The position numbers and the translations under genes were made by a program. Below the pieces are notes generated by a model. That model was not told the DNA's origin. It did not search any database and saw only the letters and a list, made by a program, of their open reading frames with translations. 64,000 bases of DNA from positions 448,001 to 512,000 of the forward strand of contig CAWAOD010000011.1 in NCBI GenBank assembly GCA_963783575.1. Direction: 5' to 3'. Of this stretch, positions 1 through 10,015 are shown piece by piece (within the stretch, counting starts at the first letter, position 1; each line of letters begins with the position of its first letter). This stretch comes from an uncultured Spirochaetota bacterium. GTDB taxonomy: Bacteria; Spirochaetota; Brevinematia; Brevinematales; JAOACQ01.

Positions 1-971
1 CATTTAAAAGAAAGGGGTAACGGCCTTGGCGGAGGTTTTGCGGTATATGGTCTTTATGAATCCTATAAAGATTATTATGCCTTTCATATAATGTATGACG
101 ATTCTTGTGCAATGGAAAAAGGAAAAGAATATATACGGATGAACTTTGACATAGTTTATGAAGAGCAGATACCCACAAGAAAAAACATACATATATCCAA
201 ACCCCCGCTTTTTTTCAGGTATTTCTGCCAGGTTGCGGAAACAAAAATTGTCAATGAAAAAGAAGACGACTATGTTATGTCGAAAGTCATGTTCATTAAT
301 AAAAATATTGACGGTGTATTTGTAATCTCAAGTGGAAAGAACATGGGGGCTTTTAAAGGCGTCGGCGAAGCCCATGAACTTGGCGATTTTTTCAGGCTTG
401 AAGAATACCAGGCGCACACATGGATTGCTCACAGCCGTTTTCCCACAAATACTCCCGGCTGGTGGGGGGAGGGGCTCACCCTTTCACAATGCTTAACTAT
501 TCGGTTGTCCATAACGGTGAAATTTCCTCTTATGGCATAAATAAAAGGTATCTGGAAAGTTTTGGTTATGAGTGCACAATGAGGACGGATACCGAAGTTG
601 TGGCATATGCTGTGGATTTATTAAAAAGGCGGCATAATCTTCCCTGGCCGATTGTTGCAAAAATATTTTCCTCACCTTTCTGGAAAGATATTGATAAAAT
701 GGATGATAATGATAAAGAGCTTTATTCAAGGCTCAGGATTGTCTATGGAAGCTTATTGCTGAACGGTCCTTTCGCTTTTATAATCGGTTTTTCCGGCGGT
801 TTTATGGCTTTATCCGATAGGGTAAAACTAAGGCCCTTAGTAGCCGCACTCAAGGATAAGACATTATACGTTTCAAGCGAGGAGGGAGCAATCCGTCTGA
901 TACAACCCCAGCTTGACAGGGTCTGGCACCCTGCTGCCGGTGAACCGGTATACGGGTTCATAAAACAATAA
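1..971 (+). CDS. Class II glutamine amidotransferase (stand-alone glutamate synthase GATase subunit), 5' end outside window, apparent frameshift at ~464-474
   Basis: Frame 1 from base 1 reads HLKERGNGLGGGFAVYG, then HSRFPTNTPGWWG; the second frame continues GAHPF...VVHNGEISSYG...TDTE...LNGPF...DRVKLRP. The break is in a G run (tggggggagggg). Confidence 0.88.
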
Positions 972-1138
972 GTTTTATAATAAATAATCAATATGCTTTT
1001 GAAGTTTAAAATAATAAGGAAGTTTTTTCAAACAGTAGTGTGTTGATTTTGTTTGGAGAATTATTTATAATATAAGTTATTCTATTAGGTTATAGCAATT
1101 AAACTTGTACGAAATTGAAATTATCAAAGGAGATTTTG

Positions 1139-1972
1139 ATGAAGGTTCTTAATGCCGAAGGGTTACACTATAAAAATTTAAATGAATTGATATTTGAAGC
1201 AATAAATTCCGGTGAAGATCATATAAAAGTTGAGAATGTGATGGGGCACCGGTATATCGGCGACGGCTTAAAGGCGGATGAATCGGTCCGTATTGATGTC
1301 TACGGAACTGCAGGTAATGATCTTGGAGCTTTTATGAACGGCCTTTCCATAAGGATTTATGGTAATGCCCAGGACGGTATCGGAAATACAATGAACGCGG
1401 GGAAAATCTTTGTTCATGGCGACGCCGGGGATGTCTTATGTTATGGTATGCGCGGGGGCGAGGTTTATATTAAGGGCGATGTAGGATACCGTGTCGGGAT
1501 ACACATGAAGGAATATATGAATTTTATTCCTAAGGTTGTTATAGGCGGATGTGCAGGTGATTTTTTCGGTGAATATATGGCGGGCGGATATTTGATACTG
1601 CTGGGATTGGATAAAAGCGATCAGAAACCTGTAATAGGAGATTATATTGCAACCGGTATGCACGGCGGCAGGATTTATATCAGGGGAAATGTTGATTCCG
1701 ATAAATTAAGCAAGGAAGCAAAGGTATTTGATCTTGATCAGGATGATTTTAATATTATTCAGACTCTTATAGTAAATTTCTGCAAAGAGTTTGATCTGGA
1801 TATAAAGAACATAATGAATGAAAAATTTGTCAAATTGATACCTGTCAGTAAAAGGCCGTACGGGAGACTCTATGTTCCAAGCTGGCATACTATTACAAAC
1901 AGGAAAGAAGTCGTACCCGGTTCTTTTGAAACTAACGGTTATCCGAAAATAAGAAATATCAGGGAAAGATAG
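1139..1972 (+). CDS. Glutamate synthase C-terminal beta-helix (GXGXG) subunit
   Basis: Repeated GNDLGAFM/GNAQDGIGNTM/GDFFGEYMAGG/GMHGG motifs; RBS aaggag before ATG 1139. Confidence 0.88.
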   Translation: MKVLNAEGLHYKNLNELIFEAINSGEDHIKVENVMGHRYIGDGLKADESVRIDVYGTAGNDLGAFMNGLSIRIYGNAQDGIGNTMNAGKIFVHGDAGDVLCYGMRGGEVYIKGDVGYRVGIHMKEYMNFIPKVVIGGCAGDFFGEYMAGGYLILLGLDKSDQKPVIGDYIATGMHGGRIYIRGNVDSDKLSKEAKVFDLDQDDFNIIQTLIVNFCKEFDLDIKNIMNEKFVKLIPVSKRPYGRLYVPSWHTITNRKEVVPGSFETNGYPKIRNIRER

Positions 1973-2025
1973 CGGTTAAATATCTTAAGATATTACAATC
2001 GCTCCATAATTCAGAGGAGAAGTAT

Positions 2026-3559
2026 ATGTTGTTTCAACCTAATGTATCGAATTATTATGATTTCAAGGTTGTAAGAGATTATGATAGATGTATAAAGTGT
2101 ATGGGTTGTGTAACACAATGCTCATACGATGCAAATTTCTGGGATGAGGACAGGCAGAAAATCGACACAATTCATAGTAAATGTATCGGATGCCACAGGT
2201 GTGAGGTATTTTGCCCCACCGATGCGATTTCCATTCAGCATAATCCTTCGAAATTCAGGGAAAACGGTTATTGGTCAAAAAGGGATATAAGAAACATCTA
2301 CATGAACGCAGAAACCGGCGCTATTGGGACAACAGGAATGGGCAATGACCTCGCTACTCAACCGGTTTATTTCGACAGGATACTTTTTGACGCCTGCCAG
2401 GTTACAAATCCATCCATAGATCCTTTAAGGGAACCGATGGAGCTGACCACTTATATTGGAAACAGGGGAAGAAGCCTGGAAATCAGAGAAGAAAACAATA
2501 AATACAATATTATCAACCCGGTTATGAAGCTTTTAAAGCTTGAAGTACCTATTATTTTTGGCCCTATGTCATATGGTTCGATCAACCTGAATGTTCAAAA
2601 AGCCCTGGCTGGTGCGGCAAAAGAACACGGCACATTATGGAATACAGGCGAAGGAGGTCTCCACAGGGATTTATACAAATATGGGGAAAATACAATAGTT
2701 CAGGTCGCTTCAGGACGTTTCGGCGTTCATGAAGAATACCTGAAAGCCGGCGCCGCGATTGAGATAAAAAATCGGCCAGGGGGCTAAACCAGGAATAGGC
2801 GGGCATCTGCCCGGTGAAAAAGTTCTTGAGGAAGTATCAAAAACAAGAATGATACCTCAGGGCAGCGATGCCATTTCACCGGCGCCGCATCATGACATTT
2901 ATTCGATCGAAGATTTAAGACAGCTCATATATGCGTTAAAAGAAGCTACCAGGTATGAAAAGCCCGTTCAGGTAAAAGTATCCGCCGTTCATAATATAGC
3001 GGCGATTGCTTCAGGTATTGCAAGAGCCGGGGCGGATATTATTGTTGTTGACGGATACCGGGGAGGTACCGGTTCAACCCCGACCATAGTGAGGGAACAT
3101 ACCGGAATACCGATAGAACTTGCGATAGCTGTTGTTGATGAAAGACTCAGGCAGGAAGGGATCCGAGAAAATGTCGGGCTTATAGCTGCCGGAGGAATCC
3201 GGAGCGCTTCGGATGTTTTAAAAACAATCGCCTTGGGCGCAGATGCGGTTTATATAGCTACGGCGGCTTTAATGGCGGTCGGCTGTACTTTATGCCAGCA
3301 ATGTCATACGGGAAGGTGTGCATGGGGAATTACAACCAATGATGCATACCTTGCGAAACGACAAAACCCGAACATAGCCACGGAACAGGTTTCCAATCTT
3401 CTACGCGCATGGAAAATAGAGATGAAGGAAGTGCTTGGAAGTATGGGGTTGAATGCCATAGAAAGCCTGAGGGGCAACAAAGAAAGGCTCAGAGTGGTTG
3501 GAATGAACGATAAGGAAATGGAAGTCCTTGGTTTAAAACAAGCCGGTTTAGGAATGTAG
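2026..3559 (+). CDS. gltB: Glutamate synthase FMN-binding subunit with N-terminal 2x[4Fe-4S] domain, apparent frameshift at ~2766-2771
   Basis: CxxCxxCxxxC twice; MSYGS, NTGEGG, QVASGRFGV; EIK-IGQGAKPGIGGHLPG is broken by one extra A in an A6 run; ISPAPHHDIYSIEDL; CTLCQQCHTGRC cluster motif. Confidence 0.92.
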
Positions 3560-3568
3560 GAGGTTATT

Positions 3569-4090
3569 GTGAAGCGAGTTTATCCTGTTGAAGAATACTG
3601 CATAGCTTGTCATCTATGTGAAGTGGCCTGTATTGTTGAACATTCAAAATCTAAAAATATATTTTTTGCATTTTCGGAAATGCCGAAAGTCAATTCAAAA
3701 ATAGAAGTAGAGATGAGCGGCCCGCTTTCATTTTCGGCCAGTTGTAGAATGTGCGAACACCCTGAGTGTGTGGAAGCCTGCCCAGTTGCGGCTGTTACCC
3801 GGAATGAAGAAACCGGCCTTGTTAAAATTCTGGAAGACCGCTGTATCGGATGCTGGATGTGCATAATGGCCTGCCCGCAGGGTTCGGTAACAACTCGTGT
3901 TGATGAGGAAGCGAACCTGCGAGTATCTGACAAATGTGATTTATGTGAAAATAGAACATCCGGACCGGCCTGTGTTCAGGCCTGTCCCAATGATGCTTTG
4001 ATTTTTGAAGACCGCGATTTTGAATCAAAAGGACAACCGACACTCCGGGGTTCATATCATGTTTTCAGCGAAGGAACAATGGAAGATTAA
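3569..4090 (+). CDS. 4Fe-4S dicluster (HydN/CooF-like) electron-transfer protein
   Basis: Four Cys clusters: CIACHLCEVAC, CRMCEHPECVEACP, CIGCWMCIMACP, KCDLC...PACVQACP; RBS aggagg, GTG start. Confidence 0.9.
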   Translation: MKRVYPVEEYCIACHLCEVACIVEHSKSKNIFFAFSEMPKVNSKIEVEMSGPLSFSASCRMCEHPECVEACPVAAVTRNEETGLVKILEDRCIGCWMCIMACPQGSVTTRVDEEANLRVSDKCDLCENRTSGPACVQACPNDALIFEDRDFESKGQPTLRGSYHVFSEGTMED

Positions 4091-4152
4091 AATCATAATG
4101 AATGTTTTGATAAAATCAATTGTTTTCCCAAATGATATCAGGAGGAAAATTA

Positions 4153-5448
4153 ATGCAAAAAGCGAAATTTGTCACTATCGGATATTCAGCCGGTGCGATA
4201 GGAATGATTGAGGCTATTAGGAAAAACGATAAAGCAAACAGAATTCTTGCCGTCTCAAAGGAAAAATACCCGGTCTACGGAAGACCGGCGATCCTGAATT
4301 ATGTTATGGGACAGATTAATGAGGACGGACTGTTTTATGGCGGAATAGGCTATACAAAGCAAAAAAATGTTGACACAATACTTGGGGTCGAAGTTGTAAA
4401 AATCAATCCCGATATGCATACACTCGAATTATCTGATGGAGAAACTGTAGAATATGAGAAACTTCTGCTTAATTTAGGCGGTAAACCGATTAGTCCGCCG
4501 ATTCCCGGAAAGGAGCTGGAAGGTGTTCTCAATTTCTTTAGCCTTGATGATGCAAAAAATATGATGATGCAGGTTAGAGAAGCCGGCGCAAAAATAGCAG
4601 TTGTAATCGGCGGAGGGCTTATAGGACTTAAGGCGGCGGAAGCCCTGATTAAGCTTGGTGTAAAAGTTTCGATTGTCGAACTTGCTCCTACGATTTTGAG
4701 CCGGGCACTGGATCCGGTCAGTTCAATGCTTATGGCCGATAAAATGAAGAAACTTGGAGTTGTGATAATAACCGAAACAAGTGTTGCGGAAATCATAGGA
4801 GATAAAAAGGTTAAGAAAGTGAAACTAACGAATGGACAGATAATGGATACCGATATGGTATATATGTCGATCGGTGTGAATCCGGACTCAAAACTGGCTG
4901 AATCGGCAGGGATTGCTGTTAACAGGGGTATTGAGGTTGATCGTTTCATGAGTACTAATAAAAAAGATATATTTGCCGCAGGGGATGTTGCTAAAGGCTA
5001 TAATTTCTTGACTGGAGAGAATATGGTTCTTGCGATCTGGCCTGTGGCGCGGAAGATGGGTTTTTATGCCGGATTAAATATGATGGGGGCCGGAGTTAAG
5101 TATGACGGTTCCATATTATTGAATTCCCTTTATTTTGAGGATCTATATACTATATCTTATGGAGAAACTAACCCCCAGAATCCTGAAAAATACGAAATAC
5201 TTGAAAAATTTTATTCCGATGGAAGATCTTATAGAAAATTCTTTATCAAAGATGACTTAATCCATGGTGCTGTTTTTGTTAACGATATCTCAAGGGCTGG
5301 AATTGTAAAAGGGCTGATGTATGAAAAAATACCTGTATCTATGTACAAGGATTTTCTTCTGAAAAAGGATTTTTCATTTATTCATTTACCGAAGTATTAC
5401 AGGGACAATGTTTACAGGAAACCTTACACTGAGCTTATTGCCAGATAA
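4153..5448 (+). CDS. NAD(P)/FAD-dependent oxidoreductase (NirB N-terminal/NADH:rubredoxin oxidoreductase-like)
   Basis: IGGGLIGL Rossmann motif, TNKKDIFAAGDVA; RBS aggagg before ATG 4153. Confidence 0.85.
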   Translation: MQKAKFVTIGYSAGAIGMIEAIRKNDKANRILAVSKEKYPVYGRPAILNYVMGQINEDGLFYGGIGYTKQKNVDTILGVEVVKINPDMHTLELSDGETVEYEKLLLNLGGKPISPPIPGKELEGVLNFFSLDDAKNMMMQVREAGAKIAVVIGGGLIGLKAAEALIKLGVKVSIVELAPTILSRALDPVSSMLMADKMKKLGVVIITETSVAEIIGDKKVKKVKLTNGQIMDTDMVYMSIGVNPDSKLAESAGIAVNRGIEVDRFMSTNKKDIFAAGDVAKGYNFLTGENMVLAIWPVARKMGFYAGLNMMGAGVKYDGSILLNSLYFEDLYTISYGETNPQNPEKYEILEKFYSDGRSYRKFFIKDDLIHGAVFVNDISRAGIVKGLMYEKIPVSMYKDFLLKKDFSFIHLPKYYRDNVYRKPYTELIAR

Positions 5449-5451
5449 AAT

Positions 5452-5485
5452 AAAAAGGCTGTTCTCATTTTGAACAGCCTTTTTT
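5452..5485. terminator. Bidirectional intrinsic terminator
   Basis: aaaaaggctgttc-loop-gaacagccttttt between convergent genes. Confidence 0.85.
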
Positions 5486-5539
5486 GTCTAAAATAAAATA
5501 TCTTGTATTTAATTTCATATCGATCAAGCGGCATGCTTG

Positions 5540-6997
5540 CTAATCTTGATTTCTATTGGGATTTGAAAACTTTTTAATATCCTCGTCAAATACCTTTATC
5601 TGATATTGTTTCTTTAAGTTATCAAACCAATCTTTACGAGAGGCTGAAATTTTGAAATTCATATATGCAAGCGCGACATCCTGATCAATATTTTGATAGA
5701 CTATATTTGTACTGACGCCTTTGGAAATCTCTTTAATGATAACGATATAATCGTCATTATTAAATGTTTTACTGACATCATTTTTATTAGCTGAAAATAT
5801 GAATTCAGTCCAGGCATCATTCTGAATCAAGGGCAGGGGTATGATATTATCCTTTTCATCTTTCAAGGTTACCGAAACCGGTGATATTTTACCGGTTTTT
5901 ACATAGCTCATACCGGTTGCATTGGCAATTGTTCTGAAATCCGATTTTGACTTAATCATTTCTTCCGCTTTATGTACGGAATCTTTTATATCGGCATCAA
6001 ATTTTGTTCTAAGATTTGTATATTCTTTCGAAACATAATCATTTTCAAGGATGTTTTTATTGCTTATATTCAAATTGTTTATATTTGGAAAACCTATAAT
6101 TTTTAGAATATGATACATGCCGTTTTCGAATTGCGGTTTTTGGGTTATATCACCGGTTTTTGCGGTTAATGCAAGAAAAAACCTCTTGGACAGCCCGGGT
6201 AAATTTTTTAGAGTTAATTGATTGGTATAAATGTACTTTCCTTTATAATTATCAATCATTTTATTCCAGCCGCCTTCCTGAGAGAATTTATTCATTTCAT
6301 AAGCCAAAGCCTTGTTGCTAATTGAAACTTCCTCAACATAAGCTTCTGTGGAATAATTGCTTATGTTCTGCAGATAAAAACCTTCAATATCCTTTTCGGA
6401 AATCTTACCGATGATATAATTTGTGATATTTATATACAGTAGTTCTGTTTGAGCCATGAAGTTCAGCAGATCATAATATTGATACAATTCAGCTATTGTA
6501 ACCGGAGTTATTGAATTTGCAAGATCACCGTTTTCTCCTGAGAATGTCAGATTAGCATATTCCATACTGCCGTATTCCATAAGACCTTTATCCGGGAGGG
6601 CATTAAGCCTTCCTCTAAGAATATACTCGATAATACTTCTAAGCGTTTCTTTTGATGGAGAAATACCTATCTTATTAGCATAGTCGTTCATAATATCATA
6701 ATTAACCAGAAGTTGCGCTGCATATTTATTGATTGTGTATTGATCGATATTTTCTTTATTTTTTCCGGTAATACTTGATCTGATCGTATTTGCCAAATAA
6801 TAATAAGAGGATCCGGGCTGATATACAAAAGTATTCTTATTTATTTCTGCAATCTTTGTTGATTCTATTCTCGGACCTCTGTTCCAGGGCGTATATACGA
6901 GTCCGACGATAAAAGTAATGATCACCAGCGATATTATTGTATAAATAATCGCTTTGTTTACAATTTCCCTAAACTGCTTTTTCTTCTTCCTTTCCAT
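5540..6997 (-). CDS. Membrane-anchored periplasmic protein, possibly SurA/PpiD-like chaperone
   Basis: Basic N-terminus plus one TM helix, then a long soluble domain with PpiD-like features (PQFENGMYHILKI; WFDNLKKQYQIK C-terminus); RBS aaggag. Confidence 0.5.
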   Translation of the reverse strand: MERKKKKQFREIVNKAIIYTIISLVIITFIVGLVYTPWNRGPRIESTKIAEINKNTFVYQPGSSYYYLANTIRSSITGKNKENIDQYTINKYAAQLLVNYDIMNDYANKIGISPSKETLRSIIEYILRGRLNALPDKGLMEYGSMEYANLTFSGENGDLANSITPVTIAELYQYYDLLNFMAQTELLYINITNYIIGKISEKDIEGFYLQNISNYSTEAYVEEVSISNKALAYEMNKFSQEGGWNKMIDNYKGKYIYTNQLTLKNLPGLSKRFFLALTAKTGDITQKPQFENGMYHILKIIGFPNINNLNISNKNILENDYVSKEYTNLRTKFDADIKDSVHKAEEMIKSKSDFRTIANATGMSYVKTGKISPVSVTLKDEKDNIIPLPLIQNDAWTEFIFSANKNDVSKTFNNDDYIVIIKEISKGVSTNIVYQNIDQDVALAYMNFKISASRKDWFDNLKKQYQIKVFDEDIKKFSNPNRNQD

Positions 6998-7023
6998 AAT
7001 TACTCCTTTATTTAGTAGCACGA

Positions 7024-7099
7024 CCCTTTGGTTCGGCAAGCCTTGTGGTGAAACTGTCGAACTATCACCATAAGCCAGCTTCAGGGCAGGCTTCTTGAT
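7024..7099. repeat. Nested short palindromic (REP-like) repeat cluster
   Basis: tggttcggcaagc[cttgtggtgaaactgtcgaacta]tcaccataagc followed by cttcagggcaggc; related units at ~23902, ~43572 and 62107/63813. Confidence 0.65.
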
Positions 7100-7109
7100 C
7101 AGTATTTAT

Positions 7110-7733
7110 TTACCATTTCTTAAGCCCGTCATCCTTTTTGAGAAGTTTTATTAAATCAGTTGTTGATATTTCAATATCGGTAATAATGTTGTCAATTTTC
7201 GTCTGCAGAAAATTATACGCTACAACAGCCGGTATGGCAACGCAAAGTCCGAATGCTGTTGAAATAAGTGCTTGAGCGATTCCTGCAATAAGCTGCGAAG
7301 GATTACTGGTGCCCTGTTTGGCCAGAACCGTACAGGACAATATCATACCTATCACGGTTCCCAAAAGTCCAAGAAGTGTTGAAATGCTTACAACAGTTGA
7401 CAATACAGGCATATTTTTCTGAAGTTTTGGGATTTCATATTTTGCTGCATCTTCCATACTTCTTTCGATATCTTCCCTGGGTTTCGGTGAAGCTTCCAAT
7501 CCGGCTTTTATTATATTTGAAGCGGGCCCGGGATGATTTTCGCATACTGCGATAGCTTCGTCAAGACGCAACCCCTTAAGTTTTTCCCTGATTCTTTCCA
7601 TTACAATTTTTCCGTTTTTTCTAACCCGTTCCAGATATATAAATCTTTCGATAAAAACAGACAAACCCATTATTGATGCGAGCAGGATGAAGTACATGAC
7701 AGGTCCGCCCTGTTGAAAATATGAAATCAGCAT
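7110..7733 (-). CDS. MotA/TolQ/ExbB proton channel family protein
   Basis: GGPVMY...ERF N-terminal TM; LLGLLGTVIGMI and GIAQALISTAFGLCVAIPA motifs; RBS gaggag. Confidence 0.9.
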   Translation of the reverse strand: MLISYFQQGGPVMYFILLASIMGLSVFIERFIYLERVRKNGKIVMERIREKLKGLRLDEAIAVCENHPGPASNIIKAGLEASPKPREDIERSMEDAAKYEIPKLQKNMPVLSTVVSISTLLGLLGTVIGMILSCTVLAKQGTSNPSQLIAGIAQALISTAFGLCVAIPAVVAYNFLQTKIDNIITDIEISTTDLIKLLKKDDGLKKW

Positions 7734-7873
7734 ATACTCCTCTGAAGGTTTAAAAGTAAGCATAGTATTCGATTAATATAAAAAACCATTAATAATTATA
7801 AGATATTCTATAATATTTGTCATTTTTATGAGAAGGGATTTATGTTAAATGAGAACCTAAACTTTGCGATTCT

Positions 7874-9790
7874 TTATATTACAATCAAAAATTCAACTCC
7901 ATTTTTTGTATTTCTTACGGTTAATCTTCCACCCATATTTTTTTCAATAATCATTTTTGACATATAAAGGCCGATACCTGTACCTTTTTCTTTAGTTGTA
8001 AAATAGGGATCGAATATTTTTTCTATAATATTTTCCTCAATACCGCCTGCATTATCATAGATTGAAACGGCCGATTTATTGTTTTGTTCAAATAATTTTA
8101 TTATTATTTCCGGATCGGGAATTTTCCTTTCAATTATTACATCTTTCGCATTATTTATAATATTCAGTATAACCTGATTATATTCATTCTGATAGCCCAT
8201 TATTTTAATGTCTTTTTCAATTTTGATTTCGATATTTATATTATATTCCTGAAAACTTACCATTAAAAAAGAGACTGTTTTTCTTATAGTTTCCATCAGG
8301 CTGAAAAGTTCTTTTTCCTTGTTAGGTTTAAAGAAATTTCTAAAATCATCAATTGTCTGGGACATATGCTTGAGAATCTGCAAAGATTTTTCAACAGCTG
8401 TGTTCAGATATTCAATATCTAATTTATTAAATTCATATGCCCCCATAATGTTTTGGATAATAATTCCAATGGCGTTCAGTGGCTGCCGCCACTGGTGCGC
8501 TATATTACCGATCATCTCACCCATTGCGGCCAATCTTGATTGCTGAATCAAAATCTGATCTTTTTCCCTGTTTTTTAAAACTTCTTCCTTGATTTTTTTA
8601 TCAAGATTCTGGTTTAAATCGGCAAATTCCTGCATTGTTTTCTGTAAGGCTTCCTCTGCCTTAATTCGTTCCGTAATATCATCTTTAATAATTGCAAAAT
8701 TAATTATTTTACCATTCGAATTAACCAGGGGAGATATTATGGTTTGCTCCCAGAAAGGTTCGTAATTTTTTTTCATGCTTTTCGATAAACCCTGCCAAAT
8801 AATCCCCGACTTAATCCTTTCCCATCTGTTTGAAAATTCATTGTCGGTAATCTCTTCAAGATGCAGGTCTTTTATGTTTCTACCGATTATTTCTTCCCTG
8901 CTGTATCCGGTCAATTGAATAAATTTCTTGTTAATATATTCAACAAATCCCTGTATATTAATTATTATTATTGAATTTGGACTCTGTTCTACCATATATG
9001 AAAGTTTGATTATTTCATTTTCATTTTTTTGTTTTTCAGTAATATCTCTAAATATTACAGTCACCCCGGATATTTCTCCATTGTCATTTTTTATAGATGA
9101 TATCCTGCTGTCAATAAGTATTTTTTTCCCGGTTATGGATAAAAGAATATTATATTTTTTCAGATCGAGGTTTTTCTCCCTTATTATCAGGTCAAAATCA
9201 TCATTTTTTGGAGAAAAGGTCATATTTTCATCGGTAATATGAAAGACTTCGGAAATATGCCTGCCAACAGCATTTTCTTTTTCCCACCCGGTAAGTTCCA
9301 GGGCAATTTGGTTGATGACTTTTATGCTGCCATCTCTATCTGTTGCTATTACAGCATCTCCTATACTTTCTATTGTTGTTGAGAACCATTGTTCGCTTTC
9401 TTTTAATTTTTTTTCCATTTGATACCGGTACAATCCCATTTCAATACAAGTTAATAACTCTCTTTCATTAAAAGGTTTCAAGATATATCCGAATGGTCCG
9501 CTGATTTTTGCTCTCTGGAGAGTTTTATCATCGGAGTATGCCGTAAGATAAATAACAGGAATATCATAACGGTTATGTATAATCTCAGATGCTTCGGTTC
9601 CATCCATTTCACCTTTTAGCAGTATATCCATAATGATGATATCGGGTTTCAAAGTTCCGGCTTTTTCTATTGCTTCGATTCCAGCCGTAGCAATTCCCAA
9701 TATTGAATATTCAAGTTTCTGAAGCCTGAATTCCAAATCTTTTGCTACAATCAGTTCATCCTCGACTATTAAAATTTTGGTTTGCCTCAT
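7874..9790 (-). CDS. Hybrid sensor: REC-PAS-PAS-histidine kinase
   Basis: ILIVEDE...PDIIIMDI...GYILKPF receiver; two PAS/PAC domains; H-box IAHQWRQPL; DNAGGI, FDPYFTTK, GTGIGL. Confidence 0.92.
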   Translation of the reverse strand: MRQTKILIVEDELIVAKDLEFRLQKLEYSILGIATAGIEAIEKAGTLKPDIIIMDILLKGEMDGTEASEIIHNRYDIPVIYLTAYSDDKTLQRAKISGPFGYILKPFNERELLTCIEMGLYRYQMEKKLKESEQWFSTTIESIGDAVIATDRDGSIKVINQIALELTGWEKENAVGRHISEVFHITDENMTFSPKNDDFDLIIREKNLDLKKYNILLSITGKKILIDSRISSIKNDNGEISGVTVIFRDITEKQKNENEIIKLSYMVEQSPNSIIIINIQGFVEYINKKFIQLTGYSREEIIGRNIKDLHLEEITDNEFSNRWERIKSGIIWQGLSKSMKKNYEPFWEQTIISPLVNSNGKIINFAIIKDDITERIKAEEALQKTMQEFADLNQNLDKKIKEEVLKNREKDQILIQQSRLAAMGEMIGNIAHQWRQPLNAIGIIIQNIMGAYEFNKLDIEYLNTAVEKSLQILKHMSQTIDDFRNFFKPNKEKELFSLMETIRKTVSFLMVSFQEYNINIEIKIEKDIKIMGYQNEYNQVILNIINNAKDVIIERKIPDPEIIIKLFEQNNKSAVSIYDNAGGIEENIIEKIFDPYFTTKEKGTGIGLYMSKMIIEKNMGGRLTVRNTKNGVEFLIVI

Positions 9791-10015
9791 TTGGATATCC
9801 TTATTATATTTGTACTAGTCATCTTTTTTAAGTATAAATCCGGCAGGATAAAACTGCAAGATTTGAGGATAATTGTATAGTCAGGCGATGATAGCGGAAA
9901 AATATTTTGAATGAGATGTTAATGATTATAATAAAATTTACCGAAAATAAAATTAGGGAAATTGCGTTTTTTATTGACCTTTGATACAATGATATTCAAT
10001 ATTAGGGGTTTATTT

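Noticed and set aside
4350..4949. Long antisense or alternate-frame ORFs (also 11149-11637, 20023-20640, 33559-33957, 39593-39991, 60959-61522)
   Set aside because: They overlap well-supported genes and show no motifs; treated as shadow ORFs.
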